From assembly GCA_021732145.1 (NCBI GenBank), contig JAKFVN010000005.1:7019-71018 (forward strand): a stretch of DNA of 64,000 nucleotides, in the 5' to 3' direction. The notes beneath the pieces were generated by a model that was not told the DNA's origin, did not search any database, and saw only the letters and a program-made list of their open reading frames with translations. A program made the translations under genes and the position numbers. Every line of letters begins with the position of its first letter. Position 1 is the first letter of the stretch. The DNA is from Alphaproteobacteria bacterium (GTDB lineage: Bacteria; Pseudomonadota; Alphaproteobacteria; UBA9219; RGZA01). This document shows positions 60,856 to 64,000 of this stretch, piece after piece.

Positions 60856-62241
60856 TCATTTAATAATGAAGATGGTCGCAAGGCCAAGGAACGCCAGATA
60901 ACCGCATACATCGGTTACGGTGGTTACCAATGCGCTGGATGAAATTGCAGGGTCGATTTTGAATTTATTGAGAATAATGGGGATAAGCGCGCCCGCAAGC
61001 CCCGCCGCAATCATATTGATAATCATGGCGAGCGCGATGACCAGCGCAATCATCCAGTTATGATACCAAAGGCCTGCGCAGATGCTGATAATGCCCGCGA
61101 ACAATAAACCATTGAATGCGCCAACCGATGCTTCCTTGGCAAGGAAGGCGACGGCGTTGACCGATGTTAACTCGCGCAGTGCAAGCCCGCGCACGGCAAC
61201 CGCGAGGGTTTGCGTGCCTGCATTGCCGCCTTGCGAAGCCACAATCGGCATCAGCACGGCAAGCGCAACAACCGATTGCAGCGTGCCTTCGAAAAAGGAA
61301 ATAACATAGGATGCCAGCATCGCGGTGATTAAATTCACAAACAGCCATGTAAAGCGCGAGCGCGTGGTAGTAACAATGTCGCGATAGAAGTCGGGCTCGC
61401 TCACGCCGCTGAGGTGAACCAGTTCTTCGGTAGCGCGTTCCTCGATGATGTCGATGACATCATCAATCGTAATCATGCCGACCAGGCGGTGCTGTTCATC
61501 TTCCACTGGCGCGGAAACAAGGCCGTAGCGCTGGAATAAGTACGCGACTTCCTTTTGGTCCATCATCACCGGCATGCGCTGGCTTTGCTCATCCATGATT
61601 TCTTTGATGGGCGTCGTCGATTTTGCAGTCAGCAAGCGGTGCAGCGGCACAGCGCCAAGGGTATGGCCTTCGCTATCGACTACGAACACGTCGTAAAACG
61701 CTTCCGGCAATTCCTGGCGGCTGCGGATGTAATCCACGCATTGCTGGCTGTTCCAATCATCGGGCACCGCGAGCAATTCGCGCTGCATCAAGCGGCCTGC
61801 GCTGTCTTCCGGATAGGAAAGGGCAGTGCGCAGCGCATCGCGTTCTTCGGCAGGCAGCGCGGATAGAACCTCGCGCTGCGTTTGACGGTCGAGGTTTTCC
61901 ATAACCTCCACCGCGTCATCGGTTTCAAGATTGGTGATGGCTTCGGCAAGCTGGCCGGGTTCCATCTGTTCCACGACATCTTCGCGCACATTTTCATCAA
62001 GCAGCGGAAGCACATCCGGGTTTAATTTTGTCTTTGTTAAATCAAATAACTGCTCGCGCTGTTCGGCCGAGCAAAAATGCAAAAGGTCTGCGTAGTCTTC
62101 GGGTTCTAAGGGATCAATCAGCGCCAGCAATGCCACAGAATCATGGGCATCCAGCGCATCAAACACACGCAGCAAAAATCCATCCGTCAACACGGCGTGT
62201 TTATTGCCCGTTTTCTCTGTTGGGTTGATGGGGTCGGCCAT
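60856..62241 (-). CDS. mgtE: magnesium transporter MgtE
   Basis: YPEDSAGRLM, CBS pair, GGNAGTQ, DPAISS...TTVTDV. Confidence 0.96.
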   Translation of the reverse strand: MADPINPTEKTGNKHAVLTDGFLLRVFDALDAHDSVALLALIDPLEPEDYADLLHFCSAEQREQLFDLTKTKLNPDVLPLLDENVREDVVEQMEPGQLAEAITNLETDDAVEVMENLDRQTQREVLSALPAEERDALRTALSYPEDSAGRLMQRELLAVPDDWNSQQCVDYIRSRQELPEAFYDVFVVDSEGHTLGAVPLHRLLTAKSTTPIKEIMDEQSQRMPVMMDQKEVAYLFQRYGLVSAPVEDEQHRLVGMITIDDVIDIIEERATEELVHLSGVSEPDFYRDIVTTTRSRFTWLFVNLITAMLASYVISFFEGTLQSVVALAVLMPIVASQGGNAGTQTLAVAVRGLALRELTSVNAVAFLAKEASVGAFNGLLFAGIISICAGLWYHNWMIALVIALAMIINMIAAGLAGALIPIILNKFKIDPAISSSALVTTVTDVCGYLAFLGLATIFIIK

Positions 62242-62450
62242 TTGGTTCAACTATGGGGTCAAGACTCTGGTTTTCGCGTAAATCCTTCTCGCGTTTTATG
62301 CTGTGCAGTCTGTTTTCACAAGCAAATAAATCATTGAAATGGAAGTGATTTGCGGCCCCGCTTGACCTATGGTTGCAGCCTTGCGCAACGGCCATTATGG
62401 GCAGTATAGTTAGGCGCGATTTACACGCCATTTTCTGGGGATAAACAGGC

Positions 62451-63518
62451 ATGATTTTGGTAACGGGCGGCGCGGGATTTATCGGTGCGAATTTTGTCCT
62501 TGATTGGCTGGCAGGGAATGCCGAGCCCGTTGTGAACCTTGATAAGCTGACCTATGCCGGCAATGCCGAGAACCTGTCGGCGCTGCAAGGCGATAAGCGC
62601 CATGTGTTTGTGCAGGGCGATATCGGAAATTATGCGCTGGTCGCCAAATTGCTGGCGGAGCATAAACCCCGCGCGATTGTGCATTTTGCTGCGGAATCGC
62701 ACGTAGACCGCTCCATTCACAGCCCTGATGCGTTCATTGAAACCAACGTGATGGGCACCTTCCGCCTGCTGGAAGCGGCCCTGGCCTATTGGCGGGAATT
62801 GCAGGGTGAGGCATCGGGTGCCTTTCGCTTCCTGCATGTCTCCACCGATGAGGTTTATGGCTCATTAGGGCCAACAGAGCCTGCTTTTACAGAAAATCAC
62901 CCGCACCAGCCCAACAGCCCATATTCGGCCAGCAAGGCTGCCGCAGACCATTTGGTGCGCGCATACCACCACACTTATGGGCTGCCGGTGCTGACCACCC
63001 ATTGCTCGAATAATTACGGGCCGTATCATTTTCCTGAAAAGCTTATCCCGCTGATGATTGTCAATGCGCTGGCGGGAAAAGCGCTGCCGGTTTATGGCGA
63101 TGGGCTGCAAATCCGCGACTGGCTGTATGTGACCGACCATTGTGCCGCTATTCGCCGCGTGCTCCAAGCAGGCAGAGTGGGGGAGGCTTATAATATCGGC
63201 GGCAATAATGAACGCGCCAATATCGAACTTGTGAAAGCCATTTGCGCGTTGCTGGATAAGGAACGTCCATTGGCAGGCGGCAAATCCTATGCACAGCAAA
63301 TCACCCATGTGACCGACCGCCCCGGCCATGACCGCCGCTATGCGATTAATGCAGGAAAGATTGCGCGCGAGCTGGGATGGAAACCGACCGAGACGTTTGA
63401 GACGGGCCTGCGCAAAACAGTAGACTGGGTTTTGAAAAACCCGCAATGGATTGCCAATGTGCAATCGGGTGCCTACCGCGAATGGATAAAGAAGAATTAT
63501 CTCGGACAAGTGGCATGA
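62451..63518 (+). CDS. rfbB: dTDP-glucose 4,6-dehydratase
   Basis: [42 protein letters not shown]. Confidence 0.97.
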   Translation: MILVTGGAGFIGANFVLDWLAGNAEPVVNLDKLTYAGNAENLSALQGDKRHVFVQGDIGNYALVAKLLAEHKPRAIVHFAAESHVDRSIHSPDAFIETNVMGTFRLLEAALAYWRELQGEASGAFRFLHVSTDEVYGSLGPTEPAFTENHPHQPNSPYSASKAAADHLVRAYHHTYGLPVLTTHCSNNYGPYHFPEKLIPLMIVNALAGKALPVYGDGLQIRDWLYVTDHCAAIRRVLQAGRVGEAYNIGGNNERANIELVKAICALLDKERPLAGGKSYAQQITHVTDRPGHDRRYAINAGKIARELGWKPTETFETGLRKTVDWVLKNPQWIANVQSGAYREWIKKNYLGQVA

Positions 63519-64000
63519 AGATTTTACTGTTTGGTAAAAACGGCAATCTGGGCAGTGATCTGCAACGCAGCCTTGCGCCGCTGGGTACGCTGGTGGCATT
63601 GAACAGGGGCAGCACGGAGCATTGCGGCGATTTGGGTAATCTGGATGGCATTGCGCACACCATCGCCGCCGTAAGGCCGGATGTGATTGTGAATGCAGCG
63701 GCATATACGGCCGTTGATAAGGCTGAAAGCGAAAAGCCGGTTGCCAAGCTGATAAACACATCAGCGCCCGAAGTAATGGCGGCGGAAGCAAAGCGGTTTA
63801 ACGCCAAGCTCATCCACTTCTCGACCGATTATGTGTTTGATGGCGCGGGCAATAAACCATACCGCGAAACGGATACGCCAAACCCTATCAACACTTACGG
63901 GCAAACCAAGAAGGATGGGGAAGATGCGATTATCGCATCCGGCGCGCAGCATATTATTTTGCGTACGTCGTGGGTGTATGGTGCGGCGGGGCGTAATTTT
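63515..64000 (+). CDS. rfbD: dTDP-4-dehydrorhamnose reductase (partial, runs off the window)
   Basis: Manual translation: [13 protein letters not shown]...[15 protein letters not shown]...[10 protein letters not shown]...YGQTKKDGE...LRTSWVY. Confidence 0.95.
   Translation, partial: MKILLFGKNGNLGSDLQRSLAPLGTLVALNRGSTEHCGDLGNLDGIAHTIAAVRPDVIVNAAAYTAVDKAESEKPVAKLINTSAPEVMAAEAKRFNAKLIHFSTDYVFDGAGNKPYRETDTPNPINTYGQTKKDGEDAIIASGAQHIILRTSWVYGAAGRNF

Overview
Alphaproteobacterial chromosome segment, judged from gene order, lpxI and a GAAC-N7-GAAC LexA box. The left flank is proA-proB-obgE-rpmA-rplU, then two tandem TPR/GT9-like genes and a GT2. The right flank is cnoX-like, uvrA/ssb, dnaE, rpsB-tsf-pyrH-frr-uppS-cdsA-dxr-rseP-bamA-skp-fabZ-lpxA-lpxI-lpxB, two glycosyltransferases, mgtE and rfbB-rfbD. 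Between tRNA-Arg(ACG) (9915) and tRNA-Gly(GCC) (32700) lies a ~22 kb accessory region. It starts with a 1.6 kb AT-rich islet bounded by a 51-bp tRNA 3' direct repeat. Three operons of divergent enzymes follow: (1) DAG glycosyltransferase-like, PlcP-like, HAD; (2) ThiE-like, giant RNase J-like, giant Exonuclease I-like, tandem DUF4406/NDT-like; (3) Nudix, ATP-grasp, PhoH. Main discovery: each operon is headed by a copy of the same ~340-bp non-coding module. The module appears to encode a divergent ~85-nt two-hairpin small RNA with a 49-bp invariant core. Its loop is complementary, in permuted order, to two boxes at the 5' end of the operon leader, and the leader ends in a conserved hairpin covering the ribosome-binding region. 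All protein family calls come from motif recognition by eye, not database searches.
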